Source of the DNA: Octopus sinensis | Lineage: Eukaryota | DNA length: 64,000 nt | Direction: 5' to 3' | Assembly: GCF_006345805.1 (NCBI RefSeq) | Contig: NC_043003.1 | Span: 71,362,001 to 71,426,000, forward strand | Part shown: one piece after another, positions 1-13,547 of the stretch | Numbering within the stretch: position 1 is the stretch's first letter | Layout of the letters: every line of letters begins with the position of its first letter | Made by a program: the position numbers and the translations under genes | The notes under the pieces: model-generated | Seen by the model: the letters and a program-made list of their open reading frames with translations, nothing else | What the model was told of the DNA's origin: nothing | Databases searched by the model: none

Positions 1-165
1 TCCTTGATTGTAAAATTCATGTATTCATTTGAAGAAAATAGTTTTTTATAATGATATAATGTACTCATTGATCAATTAAAGAGTTCAGTAGAAATGGCTG
101 TAATGAATTGACACCTATCCATCAATTGTAATTTATATATTTCTAATTCACCTGTCTTGGAACCT

Positions 166-397
166 ATTTCTTTATTACCCACAAGGAGCTAAACATAGAG
201 GGGACAAACAAGGACAGACATAGGTATTAACTCGATTACATCGACCCCAGTGAGTAACTGGTACTTAATTTATCGACCCCGAAAGGATGAAAGGCAAAGT
301 CGACCTTGGCGGAATTTGATCTCACAACGTAGCAGCAGACAAAATACCACTAAGCATTTTGCCTGGTGCGCTAACATTTCTGCCAGCTCGCCGCCTA
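166..397 (-). mobile_element. tRNA-derived SINE (Deu/Nin-like core), full length
   Basis: Head GGCGGCGAGCTGGCAG, core CTTTGCCTTTCATCCTTTCGGGGTCGATAAATTAAGTACCAG, tail taataaagaaat. 11-bp TSD tcttggaacct at 155-165 and 398-408. Confidence 0.85.
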
Positions 398-1069
398 TCT
401 TGGAACCTGCCCCTTACATGAGCCAAAGTATATTATGGACCATATATTTAATAATATGGGCATTTCTGAATAGTTCAAGAGCTGATGATATACTCAGTTA
501 TGTTCAATTAATTATGTATGTTATTACCTGAATAACAATTTCCCAGTACTTCTGTACCAATGTTGGTATTCGTCTGTAATTATTGTGTATGCATTTCATT
601 CTGACCTAACCAGCTGCCTTACCTTTAAGTATCTTATTCAAAAGAATCTTGATGTATTGTGAGTGCATGTGTGTGTGTGTGTGTTTGTGTGTGTGTCTGT
701 ATGTATGTATGTATGTGTATGTATATATAATGTGTGTGTATGTATATATGTGTGTGTGTGTGTGTGTAAGAAAGGTGAGAGTAAGAGTGATTTTACAACC
801 ATTTGTGTACCATGATAAGGAAAATATATATTCATATCTTTGCCTCATTGCCAATGGTAGACATCATCAGAATGAAGAAGTCAGAGGTAGAGAAAAGAGC
901 AAAAGATAGAGGGATACATTGGAAAAGGAAATGAACAAAGGTTCGAAAGTCTTACATTATAGTTAGGTTCACAGTTCGTTAAGTCCATAGTGAGGTGGAA
1001 GAAGAATAGAAGTTAGTTGAATCTGTGGTCTCATGGTTATTTAATAGCATGGCTTTCACATGTCTGTGA

Positions 1070-1447
1070 CTTCTGCTGCATGACAACACCCACTCTCGCA
1101 TCGCCAATATGACCAAGGAAGCCATTAAAAAGCATGGCTGGGAAGTGCTGCCACACCTGCCGTACTCTCCTGATTTGGCAGCAACGGATTTCCACCTCTT
1201 TCAATCTCTTTCAAATGCTATGCACGAAGTTTCATTCAATATTGATGCAGAATTGAGAGCTTGGTTGGATCAATTTTTCGAGTCAAAATTGGGTGATTTC
1301 TACCAAGGTATTGAAAATCTTGTTGACCATTGGGAAAAAGTTGTAAACAACAAGAGTGAATGCATTATTAATTAGTTGTTATATTTTATTAAACCTTTTA
1401 AAAAATTAAGATTTAAAAAAACGGTGGGAACTTAGTTGCCAACCCAA
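1070..1447 (+). mobile_element. mariner transposon, 3' fragment with right TIR
   Basis: HDN...WEVLPHLPYSPDLAATDFHLF motifs; TIR ending ...ttgccaacccaa followed by TA. Confidence 0.9.
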
Positions 1448-1459
1448 TATATGGCATCT

Positions 1460-3060
1460 AAGTCTTTCTGTAGAAAATTAGCATCAGAAGGTTCCTTGAC
1501 TGCTTGTGCTACTTTTGTGTCATTGGCATGGCTGGTAAGTGTGGCTGTCTGTGTAACTGATGATATGTCTGAAAGAGTCACCATGAACATTAGTGGCCCC
1601 AATACAGTTCTCTAAGGCACTCCACTTTCTATTAATGTCTCTGTGGAGAGGGCTCCATTGGCTACTACAACCTGGCTTCTGTCTTTTAAGAAGTCATGCA
1701 ACCACTCTCCAATTTTCCCAGTCATGCCAAGTCTCTATAGTTTGTGACATATCCCGTGATCAACCTTATCAAAGGCCTTTGCAAAGTCAAGATATATCAC
1801 ATCTACATTTGAGTGATTCATTAATTCTTTTAACACCCAGTATAGTGTCGTAAATACTGTGTAAGGCAGCTTTTGCCTGAGCGAAAGCCATGCTGGATGT
1901 CAGGAAGCAAGTCATTATCTTCAAGGAATGCAATTAGTTTCTTCCTGACAATGCGCTCCATGACTTTGCTGGCATAGGAGGTTAGATAGACAGATCTATA
2001 ATTCTTAGCATCTGCTCTGCTACTTCCCTTATGGATAGGGCATATAATGCTTTCCTTTAACTTTTGGGGAAGTCTCCCTGTTGTGAGGAAGCTCTGGAAG
2101 AGAATCTGAAGTGGTCTAGCTAGAGTCCCTTAGCATTTCTCTAAGAGGATTGTTGGGAATCCATCAGGGATTATTTCTGAGTTTGAGCTCATCTCATCAA
2201 TGGCTAATACCTCATCAGTTTCCTCTATGTTGATGCTGTCAATAATTGCCATTTTGTGTAGATCTGTGGAGCCAAAGAACTCATCAGGCATAGCTACTTG
2301 CATGTGTTCCAGTGGAGTGTATTGCACATTCAGTATTTCACTGATCCGCTGGGGTCTGCAGTCGGCGAGCCATTTTCTTCAAGTAGTGGTCCTATTTTGT
2401 ACCATACTGAATCAGATTCTTTTGCATATCTATAGAAGGTTCTAGGGTTTGTCTTAATATTTTTGACAACCCTGGTCTCCTTTCCTGCCCTCATCTTTTC
2501 AAGGGAGCATTTGAGTTCATTTTCAATCTTGATAATATTCATTTGGGGTAGGATCGTTTGTAATCCCTAAGTGGCCCAATGAGACGATTTGAGATTTTTG
2601 TTCATCATCTCATTAGAATCCTCCTATCACTGGGTATTATATTTTTCTGCTGGCTTGGAATTCTCTCTGGAGCAAACTTACTACAGATGTCATAAAGTGT
2701 TGTATTTTTATGTCAATATCTTCTGTAGAGAGACTGGCTGATCAGTTATGTTCCATGACATCTTTCTCAAATACCCTTCCAATCAGCTATGTGAAAATTC
2801 AGGCTGGAGAGGAGTTGGATGCTTCTAGTAGCCTGCATGTCTGCGGTCTTTTGCGGACCATACATTGTTAGTTCTATTAAGTTATGGCCCAAGAAAATCT
2901 TTGGTGTAACTCTAACATTATGGATGAGTGCCATGTTCTTTGTGAAACAGAAATCCAGGACATTTTCCCCCTTATTGAGTAGAGCATTATTTGCTCCATA
3001 AAGAGCATGCTAGTGATGCCAGGCAGAGATTCTGCATGCTTCAGGCCTCACAGTGACATA
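1460..3060 (-). mobile_element. CR1-like LINE, decayed endonuclease C-terminus to RT
   Basis: Broken frames read KNYRSVYLTS, QHGFRSGKSCLTQ, VDVIYLDFAKAFDKVDHG, SGVP*GTVLGPL, plus the linker IKTNPRTFYRYAK. Confidence 0.85.
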
Positions 3061-3102
3061 CCTGAGAGAAAGTATGTGTGTGTGTGTATATATGTATGTA
3101 TA

Positions 3103-3142
<40 letters not shown>

Positions 3143-3146
<4 letters not shown>

Positions 3147-4405
3147 CATGCAGGAAGTAAATAGACACCTTTAATTTTCAAAATGTTTTATTTAATACAC
3201 AAAGCAAATAATTGAAATATGATCGATAGATAGGACTACATACTTTAGTATTTAGTTGACATTCCCATTGCAGATTTTAATTCAGAAACTATTTTTGGCA
3301 TTGAACTGATGAGCTTTGTGATTGTCTCTTGTGAAATTTCTGCCCACTTTTCACATAACAATCGAAATAATTCACCTTTAGATTTAGGTTTCTGTTGAGT
3401 TTTTTCATATAGCTCTATCTAGTATGCCCCAAAGATTTTCAATTGGGTTCATGTCAGAAGATTGGCTTGGCCAAGGAAGCTTTTTGATCCCATTTTCAGT
3501 CAACCATTGTTGATTCCTTTTCACTGTGTGGCATGGAGCCCCATCTTCCATGAATAAAAACTCATTTTTCATTATGTTATTGTGTGAATACATCGGAAGT
3601 AGTCCTTGCTTAAGTATTTCGATGTATTTTTCAGAGTTTATGGTTCCAATACATTCGATCAGCTCAGAACGACCATTGCTGGTGACAGCTCCCCATACCA
3701 ATACAGAGATACCACCATGTTTCACAGTTGGTTGGAGTCATTTCAAATCAGATTCTTGATTGGGAAGCCTCCAAACCCAAACACGTCCACTGTCTGAAAA
3801 TAATGCAAATCTGGATTCATCTGAGAAAATCACTCTATCCCAAAATGAACTGGATTTTTCTGACATCTCCTTAGCCCATTTCATTCTTTTCATGATATTA
3901 ACTTGTTGAAGGAGAGGTTTTCTTCTAGCTGCTCATCCATAATACCCAAGCTTATGCAGATATGTAACACACGTTCTTGGACTAACTTCTAGCTGTTTTG
4001 CAATGTCAGAAGCCTTTGAATGGGGTTCGTTTTCCACAATTCTCTTCAAACAGTGAAGCTTCCTTTCCAAGGGCCCAGGTAAGCTGGGACAAGAATCTAT
4101 TGATTCTTTTCCTTGGCTTTTGAATTGCACTATAATTCTATTAACAGTAGCAAGAGGAATTTGAAGAATTTCGGCAATTTTTTACTGGCTAAGACCAGAC
4201 TCAGATTGTTCAACAGTACGACCTCTTTGAAAATCTGATAGTTCTGCTGAATTTTTTGTGCGTGGCATGGTTACTCTTCGCAAATGTTTAATATAATGGC
4301 ACCTGGAATGAAAAAGAATAATTAGATTGTAAATTCTACACTGCTAAAAACATATTAAGAAATTTTGAAAATTAAAGGCGTCTATTTACTTCTTGCATGT
4401 CTGAG
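3143..4405 (-). mobile_element. Tc1 transposon (DD34E), near full length, decayed
   Basis: ~45-bp TIRs (cagacatgcaggaagtaaatagacacctttaattttcaaaa and its reverse complement), TA flanks. FSDES / EDGAPCH / NPIENLW with 34 residues between the second D and the E. Confidence 0.92.
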
Positions 4406-4419
4406 TATATATATGTATA

Positions 4420-4851
4420 TTGTAGTAAAGATTGTTTGCCAACATAACATGGCAGTCCTAGTTTAGGACAAATATTGCTGTAATTTAGCCCCAGGAGACA
4501 TTGTCTCCAGCTGGCTATACGATACGATCTGTCTCCTTATATTTTTGAACAAGGGAATCTAGCACCCCCACTCAGCTCAAAACAATATCTGTGTATCACG
4601 ATTTCCAGATTAGTTCCCTTCATCAGCACAGAATAATTGTTTGGCTGATGAAGAGAAATAACCCAGAAATCGCGATACACAGACATTGTTTTGAGCTGAG
4701 TGGGGGTGCTAGATTCCCTTATTTGAAAATATAAGGACACAAATCGTATCGTATAGCCAGCTGGAGACAATATCTCCTGGGGCTAAATTACCGCAACATT
4801 CATCTTACACAAGGACTGCTATGTTATGTTGACAAACAATCTTTACTACAA
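4420..4851. mobile_element. Fold-back/MITE-like element with ~185-bp inverted arms
   Basis: ttgtagtaaagattgtttg... at the left end is the reverse complement of ...caaacaatctttactacaa at the right end; ~60-bp spacer; no ORF. Confidence 0.8.
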
Positions 4852-4913
4852 AGTCCTGTTGCTGAATATCTCACGTTGTGAGATTTAAAAATAGTAATTC
4901 TCTAAAATATGTA

Positions 4914-4934
4914 TCTACATATATAAAGATGAGA

Positions 4935-4973
<39 letters not shown>

Positions 4974-5230
4974 TGTCTGTATGAATCCCTAAAACTCGAG
5001 AACTACCCAACCGATTTCATTTAAATTTTTACACATGCCTTATTTACAGTCTGTGCAACATCATGGGCCAAAAGAATTTTCAACTTGTTGCCTAATATGA
5101 GCCCACAGTAATCTCTTATCTCTTACACTATTTCAGTATTATGTGTCAAAAGTGAAACAATAATATCTCTCCGTTGCAATGTGAGATATTTTCAGTTTAA
5201 TACTTTCACTATTTTAGTGAAACTATTACC
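4914..5230 (+). mobile_element. Non-autonomous Helitron-like 5' fragment
   Basis: A|TCtacatatataaagatgagaat(GT)n start, the same style as the complete copies at 28110 and 31739; 3' end not seen. Confidence 0.45.
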
Positions 5231-5289
5231 TCACATATATACATGCATACATATATATATATATTTGTCATAAACTCATTCACTGCTAC

Positions 5290-5705
5290 TAATAACTGTT
5301 GGGAACCCTTTCAGACCTGCCTTACATTCGAACCAGAATCTCAAAAACGTTAGAGACTGAACATCGGCATAAAGTTCAAACTTTATCAGGCAAAGATTGT
5401 CTGAAATTTTGTCTGGAGAGAAGATCCACACTTGTTGCAAAAGCGTTACAGTGATATGATATGGATGTTGTAGCATTAGCCAAAACAAAAATTCATGGAA
5501 AAGGGAATTTTGTTGAGAAATCTGATGGGTATCATTTATTTTGGAGCGGTAGAGAGGAGACCTGTAAGAGAGAATCAGGGGTGAGATTTGTAATCAAATC
5601 CAACTCTGGTTTCAAAACTTGAGGAACTACCATGTGGTCTTTCTGATCGTTTAATGTCTTTAAGACTTCCATTAAAAAAAGGTCATTATGCAACACTCAT
5701 TCTCT
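5290..5705 (+). mobile_element. RTE LINE endonuclease fragment
   Basis: RRSTLVAKALQ*YDMDVVALAKTK...GYHLFWSGRE...ESGV...LEELPCGLSDRLMSLRLPLKKGHYATLIS (APE domain of the RTE clade). Confidence 0.8.
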
Positions 5706-6221
5706 TTCCTTTTATTCCAACTCTTGCTTTCCTTCCTTGCCATAAACTGTGTCATGTTGATTCTGTTGCAGATTACACGTGTTTGTGGAATACTCATACA
5801 ATACTTAAGCATACTTAAGCAACAGACCAGTTGACCTAACAACTGAATACTAATCATTAAAACTAACTGAAGTCCATTTACATTTACTTATGCATTTGCT
5901 TATATGTATCTATAGCTTGGCTTGGATTTTCAATTTAAGATGCAGTTGTTGGGCCACATCTATGACATATAACATGTCTTGTGCAGTTAAACCTAATGGA
6001 GCCCATTACACTCTTCACAGCAGATTTCTTTCCACAGAGGGAATGAGTAGAATCAGCAACAATACTGGGCTGGTAATTTATTTGTCAACACTGTTAAGAT
6101 AAAAGCAAACATGGTCTCAGCAGCATTTGACCTCAGAGCACTAATGTAGTGTGTATGGATATGTGTATACATGTATGTATACATACACAACTATACACAC
6201 ACACACACACACAGTCACACA

Positions 6222-7220
6222 ATGAACTCAGAATATAAGGACAGACAAAATGCTTAAAGCATTTTGCCCAGTGTCCTAACAATTCTACCAACCCACTGCT
6301 GGTTATATATTGATATGTATTCATTACATTAGAAGATAAAGCTATTATTAAAACATGAATCATGGCTTCTAGATACACATTTTGAATTACAACTGAAAGA
6401 ATATGCTGTGCAGTAGAAAACCTCTAATTGAAGAAAAAGAAGCAGATGATACTTGGCAAAGTAAAATGTCATTTATGTCTGAATTACCTTATAATGGCGT
6501 ACTTTTAAGGAGAAAACACTAATAATGGATTTTATCCAACTTGGACTTCTGAAAGTTGATGGCTGCAAGAAAAACATGGTCAGAAAGGGAATTCTACATC
6601 ATTAATATATGCCAGTATATATTGACCAGATTGTGGTATCATCTTATCAGGCAAAAGTATTGTTGCAAACACAATAATGCCACTATCTATCAAAAGGATC
6701 ACTTTGTAAGAAAGTTTGAATGTATCCAGAAGACTGACAATATATCTAGTAATTTATTTACTGGACAGTGCCAGAAGCTAGTGGTGTGAAATGTCTTGAT
6801 CATGGACATTAGAAATAATGAAGCAAAACTCAAGTAACTATTTTTTCAACCTATGAATGTTCTAACTGTCTAAATAAATTATGGGATTTAAAGCTAAAAT
6901 ATTTGCCTTTATAAAAATAAGAGCTGATAAATTACAATGATAATTAGTTATATAGTGAATGTTACCAAGAATAAGAACCAATCTCTTGCCCTGTTCCAGT
7001 TCCCTTTTATACCATACCTTTATCTCCACTTGGGCTGTTATTGTGAATAAGAATGTGTATCTAGAAACCATGATTCATGTTTTAATAATAGTTTTATCTT
7101 TTAATGTAATGAATACATATCAATATATAACCAGCAGTAAGATGGTGAGCTCGCAGAATTGTTAGGACACTGGGCAAAATGCTCAACAGCATTTTGTCGG
7201 CCCTTATATTCTGAGTTCAT
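6222..7220. repeat. Long imperfect inverted repeat (~160-bp arms) around a ~670-bp core
   Basis: 6222-6381 is the reverse complement of 7052-7220; the outer half of each arm is a SINE head and the inner ~85 bp is unique. Confidence 0.8.
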
Positions 7221-8099
7221 ATTCTGCTGAAATCAACTATTATTCCTCAATTTTCTCTCAAACTCTCTTAATTATTTGATGTGAGTCACCCACATACACT
7301 CTATAACACAACACCACCTTGAATATTTGTAAAAGTCTTTGCATTCTAAAAGTTAGTAAACTTTCAATACTGTGAGAATATAAGAAATTCTAACCTACAA
7401 ATACTCCAAACAGTTAATAACATGTCAAAAGTTTTGTATTGAAGAGCAGCTAATCATCATAGAAAGTTAATTTTTGATATTGTCACAAACTGTAGGAGAG
7501 AGATATAATCATTTGAATTGATCTTGCTACATGATCTCTACTTTTTTTAATCACTCCCAGAGAGGTTAATGGAAATGTTAGATATGGAAAGAATATAAAG
7601 GGATATAAATAAATACTTCAAGTTGTTTTATTTTCATAAGAATGCACTCAGAACAAAGTTAAATGATCATTTATATCAACATCCGGAACACTCTTTAGTA
7701 AAGAATGCTCTATTTGAAAAATTGACAATCCTTAGTTTGTAGCACTTCAGACTAAAGTAGAATACAATAGCAATGAGACCCTTCAAGTTTGCTAGCTTTA
7801 TTGCTAGGAAGCAACAAAAACCACAAAGTCCATCCCATGACTTGCTTTTAAATTTCTGAAAGTTGAAAATTGGCAAACCTCTTCACAGGATTTTTGTATG
7901 ACATTTCCTCACTAGAAACATGACACAAACAAGTAAAATGTTTGTTTTTAGTAACACCATATTTTGGGCGATGCAATTACTCTCTTGACAAATGTACAAC
8001 AAAATTTAGGTTTGCTGCTTCCATTCCTCTCAATTCACATTACATCATGGAAGTTTCACTTTGTTTTATCACAATGTTAATGTAAATATAATATATATA

Positions 8100-8144
<45 letters not shown>

Positions 8145-8501
8145 GTACATAGATATAACACTGATCATTTATTTAAAACATTGTTAAGTAATCTTTCTGA
8201 TTGTAGAAATAAATACTTTTCTCTACATTTTGCTTATATGAGAAAATGGAAAATAATGAAGTTTTATTAGTCCTATAACTTTTCTACACTGCTTTTTTTT
8301 TTCAAAAGACTTCAGAAGGCCCACCTTCCTTTCACATGGAAGTGAGGAGGTTTAAATTGAGTTGGAATAGAGCTAACAAGATTAGAAGAAGATAACAAAG
8401 CTCAACAGTGAGTAGTGGTTGTTTATTGTTGCTGGGTGCTGATTTGCCTGTCAGAAAGTCTCTCACTTTTCACTATGATTCTGTCTAGAATATGCAGTGT
8501 A

Positions 8502-9739
8502 CAAGGTGGTATCAAAAAGTTCCTGGACTAGTTATGTTTAATAAAAAAAAAATAACTTATGTCACTTTGCACAGCAATACACCAGTCCCAGTGTTCCTGC
8601 CACTTTTGGAATCTAATCTGAAAGTAGTTTTCCATGAGTCGAGGACTTTCTGTGATTCACTCTGGCTGGTGTTAAAATGGTAACCTTTGAGCTGCATTTT
8701 CATCTTGGAGAAGAGATAGAAGTCTGTAGGTGCTAAATCTGATGAATAGGTTGAGTGTGGAAGCAATACCATATTGTTTTTGGTGAGAAAGGAGAGCTCA
8801 TTGATGGGGTGCATTATCATTGTGAAGAATCCAATTCTTCATGCTCCACAGATCTAGTTGCTTTCGCTGAATGACCTTCCTCAAATGTTTCAAAACATTG
8901 CAGTAGATCTCTAAATCGACAGTCTGGTCCCAGGGCATGGATTCCCAATGTAAAATACCTTGGATGTTGAAAAAAATGACAAGCATGCTCTTGATTGAGC
9001 TGTGTCTCTGTCATGCCTTCTTTGGTCGTGGAGATGAAGGGTTCTTCCATTGTAATGACTGCTGCTTTGTCTCAGGGCCATACCCATAGACCCAACTCTC
9101 ATCACCGGAGATAATCCTTGACATGAAGGATGAGTTATTAGTGACATGCTGACGGAGATTTTCACAGACTTCAACATGATGTTCTTTCTGCTCAGTAGTC
9201 AGCAGGTATGGGGACAAACTTGGCAGAGACATGTTACATGTTCAATCCGGACATAAGGATTGCCTGCACGGACTCATATGACCAACAACATCAGCAATGT
9301 TGTTGATTGTCCTCTGAAGATTCTCATGCACAAGCTGATAAATTTTCTCCATAATTTCGGAGGTAATACTTGTGGCAGGTCTTCCAGATCACTCATGGTC
9401 TTCTACTTTTGAAGCCCCTGTGTCACTTGAAACATTGCATACAACCCGTTGCCTTGTTGCTGTAAGCTTGCTGAAGCCTGCTTAATGTCTCTGTAGCAGA
9501 CTTCCCAAGTTTAACACAAAATTTCATGTTGGCTTGCTGTTCCATCACAAAATCGCAGACTACAGCATACACATGATCACAAAAACAGAAATTTCACAAC
9601 TTGCGAAGTAAACATAGCAATGTCACTCAGCACACTGCCTCATGAAGGTCACTGCTAGCTCTCACTGTGTATGCAACAGTGTGCTGTCATCTGTTGGCTT
9701 GCTACAGAACTAGTCTGGGAACCTTTTGATACCACCTCA
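8502..9739 (-). mobile_element. mariner transposon (D34D type), full span, decayed
   Basis: TIRs caaggtggtatcaaaaagttcctggactagtt / aactagtctgggaaccttttgataccacctc; SGDESWVYGY, LHNDNAPH and YSSDLAPTDFYLF motifs. Confidence 0.92.
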
Positions 9740-10066
9740 CATGTAAACAGCACACAGTATCCTTTGCAACTAAGGAGATGACATCTGATTGTAACTAAAA
9801 TATTTCAGACCTTTTCATGTAGATTTTATGCTGATGTGAGTGCATGGCACTAATGAGGAGAAAATATTGTGAAATATTGACATAGTCATTCATTGTTTAC
9901 TTCTGAAGTGGTTTCTTTTTGCCTATTCTTGAAGTATTCTGTGTTCTTTTCCAATACATCTTTAAAAGAGGCTCCCTTAAATGAAATACACAGCTACAAG
10001 CATCTAACAGGTCACATATATTAAGTATGTAATATTGATATAATGTTTACATTTTTAAGCTGCTTC

Positions 10067-13000
10067 CAGTGTTGCCAACTTAAAATCAGATTTTATGCTA
10101 AATTTCAATAGATAAAATACCCCCCCCCCCAAAAAAAATGCTAAAGACTAATTATATCAAAAAGTATAATTTTTATTTAAGTTTTTATTTACTTTCTTTA
10201 ATTATATTCAGCATTTAGAAATAATTTCACTGATTTGATCACTTTCAACTGCAGTGCCTAGGTTTTGAATTCTGTATACATTCAAGGTCCCAAACTTGTT
10301 AATTATGTGTTTTGGAATATCAAAGTTTTTGCAACATTTGCTATATCTTTCCAGGCCATATTTTATAGACAGTATTGGTCTCAGAATAGGAAGATGCATT
10401 TTGTTTTTCAATTTTGATTTGATTACACCCATATTACTGAACAACCATTCAACTTCTGCATTTGAGTTTGGCAATGTCAATAGATTATTGGCAAAATTTG
10501 CAACATCTCTAAAAAGATTTCCTCCAGTAGCATCTTTATATTCCAAGACTTCCAGTCAGAATGCCTCAGTATTAGACATATTTGTCCATTTAGCTAAATG
10601 AATGCTATTAAACCGATTTTCAATTGAAGCAATTTTTTCTTTATTTAAATGCCTTGATTCTAAGACAGGTAAAATTGGCTCTTTGAAATGGTGCAAAATA
10701 TTCTCTACTGAAAAACATTTGATATTCCTCAGTATATTAATATTTCCTGGCAAACAGTGCTTGAGCTCTTTATAAAGGCAGAATAAAAATTGTGCTCTTT
10801 TGCAAATATTATTTTCTTTGGTAGCTTTTACAGTCTTCTTGATAATCATTTCTGCTATCTTTCTCTCGAACCTGTAGCCTGAATTTGGTTTAAGATGCAA
10901 AAATTTTTCAATAGAAGCATCTGGATCAAGAGGATCAATTCTACATGTTGGCAACACTATCATATTAGCAACAGATTTGATCAAATTTGAAAGATCTTCA
11001 AGTAATTTTGTTTTGTCAACAGTGTTTGACTCAAACAGTTTATTCACTTCCTGAACATGTTTTAAAATTGGATGCAAAAATAAAAAGTAAAGTTCATTCC
11101 TAGAATCACAAAACATTTCATGTAATGTTTGTGCTGTAAAGCATTTTCTTTCGTAGTTGTAGTTTGGAAGTGAGTTTGCAATTCAAATCATTGGCTTAAA
11201 ATTCTATTTACCTCTGGTTCTATTGACAGCCACCTAGTCGTACAAGAATTCACGATCTTCAAAGGCTCTTAATCATTGATAGCAAGATAAAGTTGTTTGT
11301 AGGCACTTTGTCTTGCTGAAGAATGGGAGGACCATTTATAGGCTTCAAGTACTAAAAATTCTAAATTTATGGGCAAGCATTCAGCACAAATGTGGAATAC
11401 TACCAACTGGAAAGAATGACAACATACCATTATTGACTTCTATCATTACTCTATAGCATTGTCAGTTCCTGTAGCTAGTAAATTTTTTATATCTAATTTC
11501 TTTTTCACTAATTCAGTTTTTAAGGCATCTACAATGCCATCTGCATCACATGTTTTTAAAGGTACCATACTGAGATATATCTGTACCACTTTTTTGTGAG
11601 TGTCACTATAATATATGATAACAATTCCTAACAACTTGTTTATTGATATATAATTGGATTCATCTAATAGCTGGCTAAATTTTCTATCTCCTATATCAAA
11701 TCTCCATCAAAATATGGAGCTAGAACATTTCTCACAATATTTGCACATTTTGTACGATGCAACTTCACTTTGGATATAATATCACTATCAGACATGTAAT
11801 TCTTACATAACTCTATTAAGTGATCACAGCTATTAAATGATGAGTGGCAACAAATAAATATTGCTGAATTTGCTTCAAGCACAAATGCTTTATCATTTTT
11901 GGTTTTAATGAAATTGGTAAGAGGAATCATTTGCTGTGGAGTTGATGCCTTATGTTTATTTGCTTCACAGTGGCTTACTAAAAGAGAATATCTTGCCAAC
12001 ATATTACATCTACAATATCTGCAATGTGCTTTAGATTGGTCACTAGGCACTTCACACAACAACCTGGTACAACTTCGTTTTTTCTTTGTTCATTATAATG
12101 TGGTGGGAAGCAAGATAATAAATTGAATGATTAGTAAAAACATAAAATTGAAAGCACAACTTATCAGTTTGCCGCTAACAATTCTTTCATTTGTCATTAA
12201 CAATTCATATGTTTGCTGCTTAGAAATTCTTGAGGTGAAGAATACTGATTCAGGATGCAGGGTGGCCAACTTATAAATGGAAAAGTAAAATCTGCAGAAA
12301 TCCTAAAACTGTGTTCTGACATAAACCTGGGAACATCAAATTTTGCTTCCAATCTTACATTTTATATCTATTGGTAAAACCACAAATATAACTACAGTAC
12401 TTGAAAAAAAAAAAGTAAGTAGAAATATAAAGGGGGAGACCCCACCTCCCCGTACTTCTATACAAGATATATAATCCAGAACATCATCATCATTTAACGT
12501 CCGCTTTCCATGCTAGCATGGGTTGGACGGTTCAACTGGGGTCTGGGGAGCCTGAAGGCTGCACCAGGCCAGTCAGATCTGGCAGTGTTTCTACAGCTGG
12601 ATGCCCTAAGCATGAAAAAACATAGGCCTATTTTAAAATAGTCAAACTGAAATTACTTTCAGTCAACCTGTCATGATAAAAACTCATCAATACAGAATAA
12701 AGCCTTGTTAGAACGAATTTCCATACTTTCATTCTTTGCAGCATATTTACATTATTGTGTAGTGAGTTCAAGTGCTGACATGAATTATCTTCTCTCCCCC
12801 CACCCACCCTCCACCAGCACCACTCTGTATGCAAGCTGGAAAAGTTCGTAACTTGATAAACTTTCATTTGAAGATTCAAGAAAGTGAAAGAAAAATTTAA
12901 CAATAGCCGATAGGACTAAAATTTAGCTGTAAGATACATTAACAAAAGTAGAAAAGGAAGTGGAAATGTCATTCATGATCAGAGAAAAATGCTAAATAAA

Positions 13001-13110
13001 ATTTTAAACCTGCTATTTTCCCTGCTAAATGCTAGATTCAAAAATTTTCTGCTGAATGCTGAAAAAAACATGCTAGATCTAGCATAAAATCTGTTAAATT
13101 GGCAACCCTG
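10067..13110 (-). mobile_element. hAT transposon, full span (3044 bp), decayed transposase ~10208-12100
   Basis: TIRs CAGTGTTGCCAA... / ...TTGGCAACCCTG; perfect 8-bp TSD GCTGCTTC (10059-66, 13111-18). BED-like CxxC...H..H, KLHRTKC, LLDES, GTDNA and C-terminal LPNSNAEVEWLFS. Confidence 0.93.
12482..12607 (-). mobile_element. RTE-type 3' tail element nested in the hAT
   Basis: (CAT)n-ttaacgtccgctttccatgctagcatgggttggacgg..., the family repeated throughout the window. Confidence 0.75.
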
Positions 13111-13483
13111 GCTGCTTCTAACAAATTTGAATTTTATTATACCTTTGCTATGCTTTTACACATCAGCAGATAGATTTCATGCTATCTGCATGTACTTCTG
13201 GCTAGCACTTTTAATTTATTTCAGAAGTGAGGCAAGTATGTGGCACTGATGAGCTGAAGATACTGTGAAATATTGATTTATGTCATTTTCGTTCACTTCT
13301 AGAGCAGTTTCATTTTACCTAGCTTAGCAGTATACTGTGTTTTTTTAACACTATATATCTTTAAAAGCACCTCCCTTAGATAAAATACCACAGCTACATG
13401 CATTTAACATTTACACATACATGATATGATATTGATAATGTTTATATTATTGAGCAGCTGCAAACACAAAATTTTGATTGATT

Positions 13484-13547
<64 letters not shown>

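Noticed and set aside
8309-8407. AG...GTgagt bounded segment in the PHF24 intron
   Set aside because: All three frames contain stops; no support as a coding exon.
12258-12272. Internal TIR-like cagggtggccaactt within the hAT; similar at ~14079
   Set aside because: No partner TIR or TSD found.
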